Assembly: GCA_008080735.1 (NCBI GenBank) | Contig: SHMW01000034.1 | Span: forward strand, 1-38,586 | Origin: Promethearchaeota archaeon | Lineage (GTDB): Archaea; Asgardarchaeota; Lokiarchaeia; Sigyniarchaeales; SOKP01 | Reading direction: 5' to 3' | DNA length: 38,586 nucleotides | Shown: positions 9,345-19,567 of the stretch, in pieces | Layout: each line of letters begins with the position of its first letter | Numbering within the stretch: the first letter of the stretch is position 1 | Translations under genes and position numbers: made by a program | Notes under the pieces: generated by a model | Told to the model about the DNA's origin: nothing | Seen by the model: only the letters and a program-made list of their open reading frames with translations | Databases searched by the model: none

Positions 9345-11108
9345 TTGGATAAGGATTTAGTCGTAGAATATATCAATAAGGATATATTCTTAGGCTATTC
9401 ATATGAGAAACTTGTTGGAAAAAATATATTGACTTTTGCAGAATCAAAGAAATTAAACTCAACAAATAAAGAAGCAAAAGAAATAGTACATTCCCAAGAT
9501 GAGTTTAAACTTCGCTTGACGAAAAAAAATGGAGAGGCAAAGGAATATAATGCTTTTAATCATGAGTTTCAATCAAATCCAAATAAACTATTGATTTTGC
9601 TTAAGGAATTAGAAAATCAAGAGACCAATCCAGACGAGGATTATCGATTCATTATTGAAAATGTGAGCGATATTATTTCTGTGTTTGATGAAAATTATGA
9701 TTTAATATTCATTAATAAGGCACAGGATTCGGTTTCTGGCTTTTCTAAGGAGGAGGTTTTAGGAGAGAGCCCATTTGATTATTTACATCAGGAGGATATT
9801 AAAAAAGCAGCTAAAATGTTCCAGCAGGCATCGGTTAAAGGATATAGTAGCGGAGAATTCAGAATGCGTAATAAAAGTGGAAAGTACGTTTGGCTTGAAG
9901 TTAATATTAAAAGAGCAACGGATAAAAAAGGAAGAAAAAGAATTATTGTCTCTTCACGTGATATAGAAAAGCGAAAAAGGATACAAGAGGAACTGAAAAA
10001 TTCAGAAAAGCGATATTTACACCTATTTGATAATTCGCCGTTTGCGATTATACTAATTGATTTACATGGAAAAATAATCGAGATCAATTCGACCACCAGT
10101 TCATTAACGGGATATGAAAAACAAGAATTAGTAGGTAAAAATTTTCAAGACCTTTCTCTAATTCAATCCTCATTTTACCCTCCTTTAATGAGGAGATTTA
10201 AGAAATTAGTCCAAGGGAAACATTTACCTCCTATAGATTTGAAGTTATACAAGAAAAATGGAGAGGAAATCTGGGTTAATTTTGGAACTTCCTACATTAA
10301 GATCGGAGATCAAGAATTTATTCAATCTATAGGGTACGATATATCAGATCAAAAGAAAGCGGAACTATTAATCAAGCAAGAAATAAAAAAACTAAGGGAA
10401 TTGGAGCAGATGAGGCGAGACATTATTATGAGGGTTTCGCATGAACTAAAAACTCCTCTAATATCAATAATAGGCGGAACTGAGTGGATGGAAATGTCTC
10501 TTAAACAGAAGAAAGATAACGATATAAATGAAGTTTTAGATATGATAGAAAGAGGAGGCAATCGCCTAAATAAATTAGTTGATAGGCTTTTAGATATTTC
10601 AAAAATAGAATTTGGAAAATTAACACTAAACAGAAAGAAGACAGACCTTAAAAAGTTGATTAATGAAGTGGTCAGGAGTTTTGATTTTTTATGTGATAAA
10701 AGAAAAGTACACATAACCACAGATTTATCAGAACAAATAGTTCTTAATATCGATCCACTAAGGCTTGAGCAAGTAATTTCTAACCTCATTTCAAATGCAA
10801 TAAAAAATACACCTTGCGAGGGGATTATACACATTCAATTGAAAAAGGAGGAGGGATTTGCTAGCATAAGAGTAGAAGATAATGGAATTGGATTAACTAA
10901 GTCAGAATTAAAGAAAATTTTTAAAAGATTTGGTAAGATTGAACGAGAAGGAGAGGGATTGGAATATCTAGACTCGAGCGGCTCAGGACTGGGGCTTTTT
11001 ATTTCAAAAGAAATTATTCTGAAACATAGAGGAACAATATTCGCAGAATCTGAAGGTCGAGGGAAAGGGTGCAATTTTACAATAAAACTTCCTTTTGAAA
11101 ATAAATAG
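9345..11108 (+). CDS. Cytoplasmic multi-PAS sensor histidine kinase (true start probably upstream, about 9267-9294)
   Basis: PAS repeats, H-box SHELKTPL, N-box NLISNAIK, G1 DNGIG, G2 GSGLGL; frame open upstream to 9264 encoding PAS-like FKQIFEKLEEVILILD. Confidence 0.93.
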   Translation: MDKDLVVEYINKDIFLGYSYEKLVGKNILTFAESKKLNSTNKEAKEIVHSQDEFKLRLTKKNGEAKEYNAFNHEFQSNPNKLLILLKELENQETNPDEDYRFIIENVSDIISVFDENYDLIFINKAQDSVSGFSKEEVLGESPFDYLHQEDIKKAAKMFQQASVKGYSSGEFRMRNKSGKYVWLEVNIKRATDKKGRKRIIVSSRDIEKRKRIQEELKNSEKRYLHLFDNSPFAIILIDLHGKIIEINSTTSSLTGYEKQELVGKNFQDLSLIQSSFYPPLMRRFKKLVQGKHLPPIDLKLYKKNGEEIWVNFGTSYIKIGDQEFIQSIGYDISDQKKAELLIKQEIKKLRELEQMRRDIIMRVSHELKTPLISIIGGTEWMEMSLKQKKDNDINEVLDMIERGGNRLNKLVDRLLDISKIEFGKLTLNRKKTDLKKLINEVVRSFDFLCDKRKVHITTDLSEQIVLNIDPLRLEQVISNLISNAIKNTPCEGIIHIQLKKEEGFASIRVEDNGIGLTKSELKKIFKRFGKIEREGEGLEYLDSSGSGLGLFISKEIILKHRGTIFAESEGRGKGCNFTIKLPFENK

Positions 11109-11109
11109 G

Positions 11110-11703
11110 TTATAGCGTTTTCGCTAATTTATATCCTTCTTCTATTAATTTATTATTTATTTCACTTAATTCTTCATTCATACGGTTCTTTATGATTTTT
11201 TTAAGGTTTTCTAGGCTTAAATCAGGAATGGCTTTTGCGAGCAACCCTAATATTGGAGTATTAACGATTGGGTTTCCATCGATAAGGAGATTATTTTCGA
11301 TTGCCAATTTGTTGATATCGGCGACAATAATTTTAGTTCTATCGCTCAAATTGTAAATTTTTTTAAAATATTGGGGGTCCTTATTAGAATTTACAATAAA
11401 AATCCCATCTGGTTTTAAAGAAGCCACTATTTGTTGATCCAAGACGCTTGCATCGAAGACAATCAAAATATCTGGTTCTTCGATTGAAGAGCGATCCCAA
11501 ATCTTTTTATTCTTCGACAATTTTGCATAAGCTTGAATAGGTGCCCCTCTACGTTCCGCTCCAAAACTGGGAAAGGCAGTAACATCGGCAAAATTCTCAC
11601 TTAAGAAGGCCGCTTCTACGATTATCTGAGAGGCAGTCACTGCTCCTTGTCCACCCCTGCCGTGAATTACTATCTTAAGTATCTCGTTTTCTTGTTCGGT
11701 CAT
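11110..11703 (-). CDS. porG: 2-oxoacid:ferredoxin oxidoreductase gamma subunit
   Basis: HGRGGQGAVT, FPSFGAERRGAP, IVNTPILG. Confidence 0.92.
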   Translation of the reverse strand: MTEQENEILKIVIHGRGGQGAVTASQIIVEAAFLSENFADVTAFPSFGAERRGAPIQAYAKLSKNKKIWDRSSIEEPDILIVFDASVLDQQIVASLKPDGIFIVNSNKDPQYFKKIYNLSDRTKIIVADINKLAIENNLLIDGNPIVNTPILGLLAKAIPDLSLENLKKIIKNRMNEELSEINNKLIEEGYKLAKTL

Positions 11704-11893
11704 TTTAATTCAAATATTATTTTTTCTTGTTCATCTTTCAATCCTTCTAGTAGAAAATTTACCTAAAAATTAAAATTTTTTTAAAGTTTTTCAAGAGAAT
11801 TAGAATTCGAATCATAAAAAGTTTAAAAAGATAAACATTTAATAAAAAATAGATACTAAATTTTGATCTCTATCCAAGTATTTGCATTACTAT

Positions 11894-11900
11894 GAGGTGA
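11894..11900 (+). promoter_or_regulatory. Shine-Dalgarno-like ribosome binding site GAGGTGA
   Basis: Matches the archaeal SD consensus, 11 nt upstream of ATG 11912 (spacing somewhat long). Confidence 0.45.
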
Positions 11901-11911
11901 GAACATCCAAA

Positions 11912-12745
11912 ATGAAAAATGAAAAGGGATTCTTCGAGGGAAATCAAGGAAGGAAGTTATTTTATCAGTATTGGACCCCAGATTCTGGAAAGACAAAGGC
12001 AAGTATTCTCGCACTGCACGGGTTAGGTACTCATTCTCATAGACTCGAAACACCAGCGGAATATTTTACGGAAAAAGGATACGCAGTATTTTCTTTTGAT
12101 TTACGAGGACATTGGATGAATATACGGAAAATTCCAGGTCATATTGAGAACATAGATAATATTGAAAAAGATATCATTCATTTTAAAGAAATAATATATA
12201 AGGAGGGAGGGACGGACCCAATTTTTATAATGGGACATTCATTAGGGGGTTTAGTGAGCCTAAGATATGGGATACATTATCCGGAAAATCCAGGAATCAT
12301 TGTCTCCTCCCCACTACTCGGATTCAACACGGATGTATTTTTAGAAAAGACTGTTGGTTCCTTAATGGCAAGAATTAGTCCCACAAATATTATCGAATTT
12401 GAAATCGACCAAAACAAATTAACAAGTGACCTAAAGATTTTGCGGAAACAGATCGCAGATACTCATGTGATAAAACAAATAACGTATAGCACATACTCCG
12501 AAATTAATTCAACTATGAAATGGGTAATGAAACACGCTTCGGGTTTCGATTGTCCACTTCTATTAATGCAAGCTGGAAATGATAAAATTACAGACAAGAA
12601 ACAAGTAAGGAATTTTTTCAAGAAAGTTAAAAGCCGAGATAAAACCTATAAAGAATATGATGGTCTCTTACACGATATATTACACGAAAAACAACGACTT
12701 CAAGTATATAGAGATATCTACATTTGGTTAGAAAAACATATGTGA
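11912..12745 (+). CDS. Alpha/beta hydrolase, lysophospholipase/monoacylglycerol lipase-like
   Basis: LHGLGTH, DLRGHW, GHSLGG nucleophile elbow, D (GNDKI) and H (LLHDI) triad; ATG 11912 preferred over TTG 11882. Confidence 0.9.
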   Translation: MKNEKGFFEGNQGRKLFYQYWTPDSGKTKASILALHGLGTHSHRLETPAEYFTEKGYAVFSFDLRGHWMNIRKIPGHIENIDNIEKDIIHFKEIIYKEGGTDPIFIMGHSLGGLVSLRYGIHYPENPGIIVSSPLLGFNTDVFLEKTVGSLMARISPTNIIEFEIDQNKLTSDLKILRKQIADTHVIKQITYSTYSEINSTMKWVMKHASGFDCPLLLMQAGNDKITDKKQVRNFFKKVKSRDKTYKEYDGLLHDILHEKQRLQVYRDIYIWLEKHM

Positions 12746-12826
12746 AGGGAAATTACAATTGCATATCTTAAATCCATAATAATTCAGACTCCAAATTAGA
12801 TTTTTAGGGAAATAAAGATTATACTT

Positions 12827-13627
12827 TTAGGGATAGTTTTTATAGAGGTTTTTAATGATCTCATCCATCTCTTTTTGGGAGTGCTTTTCATATGCAATTT
12901 CTCCGCATTTATCTTCGAGATCATACCAACGTTCAATGAATTTATTATTCATAATGGTTAGAGAGGATTTAATGAGATGCATAAAGGATTCCATACGTTT
13001 GCTGAAAGTTCGCATAAACTTTTTTGTCTCAATCTCTAAGCGATCGGGAGCAAACACTCTCGTGGGGAAATTCACATTTTTTAAATCATCCAATCCGAAT
13101 CTATCTGAGGTAAATAGTAGTTTTTTGGCATAGCTTAACCCAAAAGCTAAAAGAGGTAATATTGTGGCTCCTGTTTGCGGATAAATCCCAATGGCAATTT
13201 CCGGCATACGGAAAAACATCTCATCAATCGGTTTATCAGCAAATATGCGTAAATCACTAGCCATTATCAGTTCCATTCCAAAACCGATAGCAGTCCCTTG
13301 AACTTGTACCACTATCGGCTCCTTCATCAAGAGCATAGTTTGGGTGACCTTTCTGCCAAATTCGCGCATTTTTTTCAGATAATCTGTATCATCCGCAGAG
13401 GCTGCTCTGATATCTATCCCTGAACTAAAAACTTTGTCACCGGAACTCTTTAATAGAATACATTTCACATTCTCATCCTCATGAGCTTTTATCAGATGAT
13501 CATAGAGACCTTTCATTAATTCCCAATTGAATGCGTGAGCCATGTGGGGGCGATTAAGGGTAATTGTGGCGATACTGCGCTTAGTATTATACAATATAAT
13601 TTTTTCTTCATCATTCATTTTTTCCAT
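12827..13627 (-). CDS. Enoyl-CoA hydratase/isomerase (crotonase) family protein
   Basis: ITLNRP, FSSGIDI, AIGFGMELIMASD, PEIAIGIYP. Confidence 0.9.
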   Translation of the reverse strand: MEKMNDEEKIILYNTKRSIATITLNRPHMAHAFNWELMKGLYDHLIKAHEDENVKCILLKSSGDKVFSSGIDIRAASADDTDYLKKMREFGRKVTQTMLLMKEPIVVQVQGTAIGFGMELIMASDLRIFADKPIDEMFFRMPEIAIGIYPQTGATILPLLAFGLSYAKKLLFTSDRFGLDDLKNVNFPTRVFAPDRLEIETKKFMRTFSKRMESFMHLIKSSLTIMNNKFIERWYDLEDKCGEIAYEKHSQKEMDEIIKNLYKNYP

Positions 13628-13737
13628 CCTTGTGTAGGGGTTAAACTAGGTTAAAAAAAGATAGTCAATATAAAAAGTTTCTTTATATTGGTTAGCTTAT
13701 TTCATCAAACCGCATAAAAATAATAGAGAAAGGGGAA

Positions 13738-14523
13738 TTACGGATACTTTTCATATAAATTCTGGATAAACTCGTGCAAGTCGCTCATCGGCTTTTTTGG
13801 CCCATATGCATACGCCCCACACTCATCCTCGAGATCTAAGCAAGATTTAATATAAGGTTTATTCATTATGGTCATCATCGCTTTTGCCGTGAAGAGAAAC
13901 TCCATTTTCAGTTTAGCTAGCTCTTTGGCATATTCAAAAGCTTGCTCGTCAAGATTCTTTAGCGGAATTATTTTGGTGGGAAAGTTGACATTCTTTAATT
14001 CTTCCAATCCTATTTTCCTATTGGTAAATAATACGTTTTTTGCAAATTTTATTCCAAACGCCATTAATGGCATTAAAGTAGCGCCAGTTTGGGGGAATGC
14101 ATTAATAAAAAGCTCCGGAAGCCTAATATACAATTCATCTTTTGGTCTATTAGCAAAGACTGTTAAATCTGAAGCAAGCATTAAAAGTACTCCGAATCCG
14201 ATTGCAGCACCTTGGATTTGAGAAATTACAGGCTTTTTCGAAAACAGGATGGTCTCGTTCACTTTTCTCCCCCATTCCGTGATCAATTTTACGTTTTCGG
14301 GATTTCCCGATACTTCCTTTAAGTCATAACCCGCAGAGAAAAATCTATCCCCGACACTTTTAAATAAGATGATCTTCACCCGATCATCTTCATCTGCTTC
14401 GATGAGATGTGCATGGATCTCTTTCAGCATCTCAACATTCACAGCATTTGCCTTATCCGGTCTATTGATGGTTATAACTGCGACTCTACTTTCAGTTTCA
14501 TATAAGATTAAATTTTCACTCAT
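13738..14523 (-). CDS. Enoyl-CoA hydratase/isomerase family protein, tandem paralog
   Basis: ITINRPDKANA, FSAGYDL, AIGFG...ASD, PELFINAFPQTGAT. Confidence 0.9.
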   Translation of the reverse strand: MSENLILYETESRVAVITINRPDKANAVNVEMLKEIHAHLIEADEDDRVKIILFKSVGDRFFSAGYDLKEVSGNPENVKLITEWGRKVNETILFSKKPVISQIQGAAIGFGVLLMLASDLTVFANRPKDELYIRLPELFINAFPQTGATLMPLMAFGIKFAKNVLFTNRKIGLEELKNVNFPTKIIPLKNLDEQAFEYAKELAKLKMEFLFTAKAMMTIMNKPYIKSCLDLEDECGAYAYGPKKPMSDLHEFIQNLYEKYP

Positions 14524-14729
14524 AAGTTTCTTAAACTATTTTTCTTCATTAAAATTACGGTAAATTAGTGATATTATTAAATTTGCTGAGTGGTGGATTT
14601 AATATATTAGAGAATTTTTTTTTCACATAGGATTATTAAAAAATTAACAATAATAGTTATTAGATCCATTTTATTTTTGTCTAAATAACAATTCGATTAC
14701 AAGATTTAATCACCCTCTCAAAAAATTTC

Positions 14730-17660
14730 ATGACTTATACAGAATCTATAGAGGATTTAGACCCAAAAAACGCAACACCCATGATCAAGCATTGGCTCAG
14801 CATTAAAAAAAAGTACCCAGAACATCTCATCGCTTATCGGATGGGGGATTTTTATGAATTCTTTTATGATGATGCCATAAGAGTCTCGAAATTGTTAGGA
14901 ATCACGCAAACAAAACGCAAAGTAGGAGATGATGAATATCCGTTAGCGGGAATTCCGCATCATTCCGGGCAATACCTAAATAATTTGGTAAAGAAAGGAG
15001 AAACCGTAGTCCTTGTCGAGCAATTAGAAGATCCCTCTACTGTAAAAGGAAGAATTGTAAAACGGGGGGTTGTGAGAATCCTGTCTCCGGGAACCATTAC
15101 AGAGGCAGACATGCTCGATTCCACAGAAAATAATTATATCGCATCGCTTGTAAAAGAAAGCCGAGGGGTGGCATGTGCATTTGCGGATATCTCCACAGGA
15201 GAGTTTGTAGCGGCAGAATATGTAGACGATGAAAAAGATCCTATGGAAAAGGTTTTGAGCCTATTTGCCCGATTTAACCCCGTTGAGTTGATTATTCCCG
15301 CAGAATTAAAAGAAGATGAAAAACTTTTCATCTTTCTGACAGACATTACCGAAGCGATTATTAAGCCGTATGAAAACTATACATTTCATTATGACCAAGC
15401 AGCCGATCTCATTCAAAGGCATTTTAATATTACTAATCTTAAAGGGTTTGGTTTAGATTCTTCTGAGATTGCCGTGAAAGCCTCTGGCGGTCTCTTAGCC
15501 TTTCTTAAAGAGACCCAAAGAGATGTAATACCAAATATTTTTAACATAAGAATATTGAGAGAACAAAATACCCTCCATTTAGATTATACAACCCAGAGAA
15601 ATCTTGAATTAATAACATCTCTCTGGGAAAAGGGAAAAGATACTACACTTTTTTCGGTATTTAATCACACAGAAACTCCAATGGGAGCTCGTCTTCTTAG
15701 GAAAATCATTTTGCAACCTTTATCGGATGTGAATGAAATAAATCAAAGACTAAACATTGTCCAAAAGTTTAAGGACGATATCTTTCTCAGGTCGGATTTA
15801 AGGGAGGAATTGAGTGTAATTGGGGACTTGGAGCGCTATATAAATCGCATTACATATGTAAATCGAACCAATGCAAGAGATCTGATAAATATTAAAAATT
15901 CTCTTGAAAAGATTCCAAAGATTCGTGAACTATTAGAAAAAGCAAATATTCCGGAAATTAATGAGTATTCAAAGCATATTAAAGATTTTAAAGTGGTGCG
16001 AACTCTCATCCAAGATGCAATCAAAGAGGACCCCCCTCCCACCGTCAAGGAGGGAAGTATTATAGCGGATGGATATGATGAGAAGTTAGACGAATTACGA
16101 GATGTGTTGCGTAATGGAAAGGATTATCTTTTAGAGTACGAACAAGAACAGAAAAACCAGTTGAAATTAAATTCGGGGTTGAAAATAGGACATAACAATA
16201 TCCTTGGCTATTATGTTCAAATTACCAAAAATACATTAAAATCAATTGAAAAAATCCCAGACGAGTATGTTGAGCGTCAAACGCTAAAGAATTCAAAACG
16301 ATTTACCACAGAAAAATTAAAGGAACTAGAACAAAAGATAGTGTCCGCAGAAGAAAAAATATATGAGCTGGAATATGAATTATTCTGTGAAGTAAGAGAA
16401 AAGGTAGAAGGTTCAACTTTAGATATTTTAGAAACTGCAAAAAATATTGCGTTTATTGACGTGTATGCATGTTTCGCTGAAATTTCTGAAAAATATGATT
16501 ATTGCAGGCCGATTATCGAGGAGGAGAGCAATAAAATCGTTATTAAAGAAGGTCGCCATCCAGTAGTTGAGCAAATGGATTTAACGGAACGATTTATTCC
16601 TAATGATTGCTATATTGATTCTGAGAATGAACAAATTCTTATAATCACAGGACCGAATATGTCCGGCAAATCCACATTTTTGCGCCAAGTGGCATTAATT
16701 TGTCTTATAGGTCAAATGGGATGCTTTGTTCCTGCCGCTTCCGCAAATATGGGAGTAATCGATCACATTTTTACGCGTATCGGTGCTTCTGACGATTTAG
16801 CACGAAAATTATCCACCTTTATGATTGAGATGACAGAGACTGCGAAAATTTTAAACTATGCCACGCCAAATAGTTTAGTTATCATTGATGAACTTGGAAG
16901 AGGAACCTCTACCAGTGATGGACAGAGTATTGCTATAGCAACCTTGGAAAAACTTCATGAGATGAAGGCTAAAACACTATTTAGTACCCATTATCACCAA
17001 TTAACAGAAATCAATTTACCACGAGTTAAGAATTATCATTTAGATATAATAGAAAATGAAGATGGGTCCATAAATTTCGTAAGAAAATTAAAACCAGGCA
17101 GTACAGACAAATCTTATGGTATACATGTCGCAAGATTGGCTGGACTTCCTGATGATGTAATAATTAAAGCATTTGAAATACTTGAACAGATTGAACAAGA
17201 GGATCCTTTTAGGGCAACAATAGAACAAAACAATAAAAACGGGGGTTCTAATGGGAAATTCTATGATAAACTTATTTATAACAAGGAGAAACAACTTGAA
17301 GCAGTGAATGAAAAGTTAAATAAAAAAAATATTCGGATAAAAAGATGTGATGAACAACTTGAGAGAAAAGAATTTGAACTCGAAGAGAAAATCCGTAGAA
17401 TAGAATCTTTGGAAGATACAATTGAGCAACTGCAGGCGAAAAGAAATATTTTTTCAACACAATTAGAGAAGAGACAGAGTAAAGAGAAAAAGAGAGTACA
17501 GACTACGTTTTTCAAACCAATAGTGAAAAAAGAACCTATTAATGATGAAAGGATTAAGGTAGTAATGAAAATAATTCAAGATACAGATATTAACTCTCTA
17601 ACCCCCGTCGAGGCAATGAAAAAATTCTTAGATATAAAGGAAAAGCTGGAATTTAGCTGA
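14730..17660 (+). CDS. mutS: DNA mismatch repair protein MutS (MutS1)
   Basis: TPMIKHW, mismatch-binding GDFYEFF, GRHPVVE, Walker A GPNMSGKS, STFMIEM, DELGRGT, STHYH, SYGIHVA, C-terminal DINSLTPVEA. Confidence 0.97.
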   Translation: MTYTESIEDLDPKNATPMIKHWLSIKKKYPEHLIAYRMGDFYEFFYDDAIRVSKLLGITQTKRKVGDDEYPLAGIPHHSGQYLNNLVKKGETVVLVEQLEDPSTVKGRIVKRGVVRILSPGTITEADMLDSTENNYIASLVKESRGVACAFADISTGEFVAAEYVDDEKDPMEKVLSLFARFNPVELIIPAELKEDEKLFIFLTDITEAIIKPYENYTFHYDQAADLIQRHFNITNLKGFGLDSSEIAVKASGGLLAFLKETQRDVIPNIFNIRILREQNTLHLDYTTQRNLELITSLWEKGKDTTLFSVFNHTETPMGARLLRKIILQPLSDVNEINQRLNIVQKFKDDIFLRSDLREELSVIGDLERYINRITYVNRTNARDLINIKNSLEKIPKIRELLEKANIPEINEYSKHIKDFKVVRTLIQDAIKEDPPPTVKEGSIIADGYDEKLDELRDVLRNGKDYLLEYEQEQKNQLKLNSGLKIGHNNILGYYVQITKNTLKSIEKIPDEYVERQTLKNSKRFTTEKLKELEQKIVSAEEKIYELEYELFCEVREKVEGSTLDILETAKNIAFIDVYACFAEISEKYDYCRPIIEEESNKIVIKEGRHPVVEQMDLTERFIPNDCYIDSENEQILIITGPNMSGKSTFLRQVALICLIGQMGCFVPAASANMGVIDHIFTRIGASDDLARKLSTFMIEMTETAKILNYATPNSLVIIDELGRGTSTSDGQSIAIATLEKLHEMKAKTLFSTHYHQLTEINLPRVKNYHLDIIENEDGSINFVRKLKPGSTDKSYGIHVARLAGLPDDVIIKAFEILEQIEQEDPFRATIEQNNKNGGSNGKFYDKLIYNKEKQLEAVNEKLNKKNIRIKRCDEQLERKEFELEEKIRRIESLEDTIEQLQAKRNIFSTQLEKRQSKEKKRVQTTFFKPIVKKEPINDERIKVVMKIIQDTDINSLTPVEAMKKFLDIKEKLEFS

Positions 17661-17801
17661 TTTTTCAATCGATAATTTTATTCTTTTGAAATTTTAGATT
17701 TGATTTATACTTCTTTTCTGGGTTTCTTCAAAAGGATGGCAAAATTAAATAAGAGAAGAATAAGAACTATATTATCATACAAAGAAAAAGCGTGAGTAGA
17801 G

Positions 17802-18719
17802 ATGGAATTAAAATTTTGCTGTGCGTGGTTATATGCGATATCGAAATACAATAAATATGGAGATACGTTTCAAATCCACCATATTTTAAACGCGCTGGAG
17901 AAGATAAAACAGATTGGATTTGAAACCACTGAAATCGAAGCTATGGGAAGAAATAATTTAGAGGACGAATGGAACGCGAGAAAAAGGATTAAAGAAAAAT
18001 TAAGCAGCCTTGAATTAACAACAAATAATCTCTGTGCAGTGTTTCCGGAATTAATGGAATCTAATTGGAAAAAGCATATTCCATTATTTGAAAAATCCGC
18101 AGATTTGGCGAATTATTTAAACTGCGAAACAATCCAATTAGATTCTCATATGCCCCCCGTAGAATATGTTTCAGAACGTCCTTATGATGAAACAATTAAA
18201 TTTGATGTAGATGTGAAAATTAGAATAGAACAAGGTCCCAATACTTTTAACTGGAATTCCCATTGGGAAAATATGGTCAATAGCATCAAGGCGTGTGATG
18301 AAATCGCACAAGATAGGGGACTTCGGCTTTGTTTGGAACCGCGAGTACACGAATCCATCTCTAATACAGACGCAATTTTACGGTTATTTGATTGGGTAAA
18401 CTCTGAAAATTTTGGGGCGGTTCTCGACACAGGACATCTTCACGCTCAGAAAGAAATTATACCTCTCTCAGTCGAAAAACTAGGCGAAAAAATCTTTTTT
18501 GTCCACGCGTCAGATAACGATGGTCGCACAAATGCTCATTTGGGTGTGGGAAGGGGAAATATCGATTGGGAAGGGACCTTAAAAGCACTAAAAAAGCATC
18601 ATTTTAACGATTACATTGCTATCGATATAGGAAATTTACCAAAACCCTACGATTTGGATCAAGAAATAACCCATTCTATCAAATATTTAGAGAAAATAAA
18701 CACAAACTTGTTTAGTTGA
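17802..18719 (+). CDS. Sugar phosphate isomerase/epimerase (xylose isomerase-like TIM barrel)
   Basis: LCLEP, LDTGH, VHASDN, HLGVGRGNIDW. Confidence 0.85.
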   Translation: MELKFCCAWLYAISKYNKYGDTFQIHHILNALEKIKQIGFETTEIEAMGRNNLEDEWNARKRIKEKLSSLELTTNNLCAVFPELMESNWKKHIPLFEKSADLANYLNCETIQLDSHMPPVEYVSERPYDETIKFDVDVKIRIEQGPNTFNWNSHWENMVNSIKACDEIAQDRGLRLCLEPRVHESISNTDAILRLFDWVNSENFGAVLDTGHLHAQKEIIPLSVEKLGEKIFFVHASDNDGRTNAHLGVGRGNIDWEGTLKALKKHHFNDYIAIDIGNLPKPYDLDQEITHSIKYLEKINTNLFS

Positions 18720-18812
18720 GTTTTATGTAGTATAAAAAAAAATATTTAATTTGACCTTAAGTTTAGATTATCTAATTACCAGAAAAAAATATCAAGAATT
18801 TGGAAAATTAAC

Positions 18813-19460
18813 ATGTTTAATTCCCTTATAATCAGAATTATTATCATTGCATTCTTTATTTTTTTTGGCTATAATATCATATTTATTATTTTGAAAAAGC
18901 AGCGTAATAATGTAAACAGAAAGGATTATAATCCTAAAACTAAAAAACCAAATAGACCAAATAAATTTGCAAAGTTTGGAGTTATTATCCTAAATATATT
19001 TATTGTGGTAGCGTGTTTGAATATTTTCTTTTATGAACTCTTTACTCGCTATATCCCTAGATTAAATTTCTTTTTCTTAACAGAAACCTTACAAGTAATC
19101 GGGATTACTTTAACCGCAGCGGGGAACATCACATTAAATATCTCATATAGAGAATTAGGGGTCTATTGGGAATATCCAATAGACGGTAAGAGGAAAAAAC
19201 AAAAATTAGTTACAACGGGGATCTATTCAAAAATCCGACATCCGATTTACTTATCATTTTATTTAATGTGTCTAGGTCTTCTTTTTATTATACAAGATTG
19301 GGTCTTACTGTGTTTGTTTATTGTTGGCGGAATAGGTTTATACTTGCAAGCGCTCAGCGAAGAAAAAGAATTAATAGAGGCATTTCCAAAAGAATATAAG
19401 ACCTATATAAAATCGACAGGACGCTTTTTTGTTAAATCTCGAAACTATATTAGATCATAA
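18813..19460 (+). CDS. Isoprenylcysteine carboxyl methyltransferase (ICMT/Ste14/PEMT-like) family membrane protein
   Basis: Multiple TM segments, LVTTGIYSKIRHPIY, EEKEL...F..EY..Y...TGRF. Confidence 0.87.
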   Translation: MFNSLIIRIIIIAFFIFFGYNIIFIILKKQRNNVNRKDYNPKTKKPNRPNKFAKFGVIILNIFIVVACLNIFFYELFTRYIPRLNFFFLTETLQVIGITLTAAGNITLNISYRELGVYWEYPIDGKRKKQKLVTTGIYSKIRHPIYLSFYLMCLGLLFIIQDWVLLCLFIVGGIGLYLQALSEEKELIEAFPKEYKTYIKSTGRFFVKSRNYIRS

Positions 19461-19567
19461 ATAATTAAATTTTATAGGACTCTCAATTTAAATACTACCC
19501 AAATATTCTTCATGACTGAGATCAATAGGACTGAGAAGTCATAAATTGAGAGATTATGAGCTAAGCA

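Noticed and set aside
19510-19567. Short GACTGAGA direct repeat and tiny ORFs upstream of mutL
   Set aside because: Only two 8-bp copies; not distinguishable from chance
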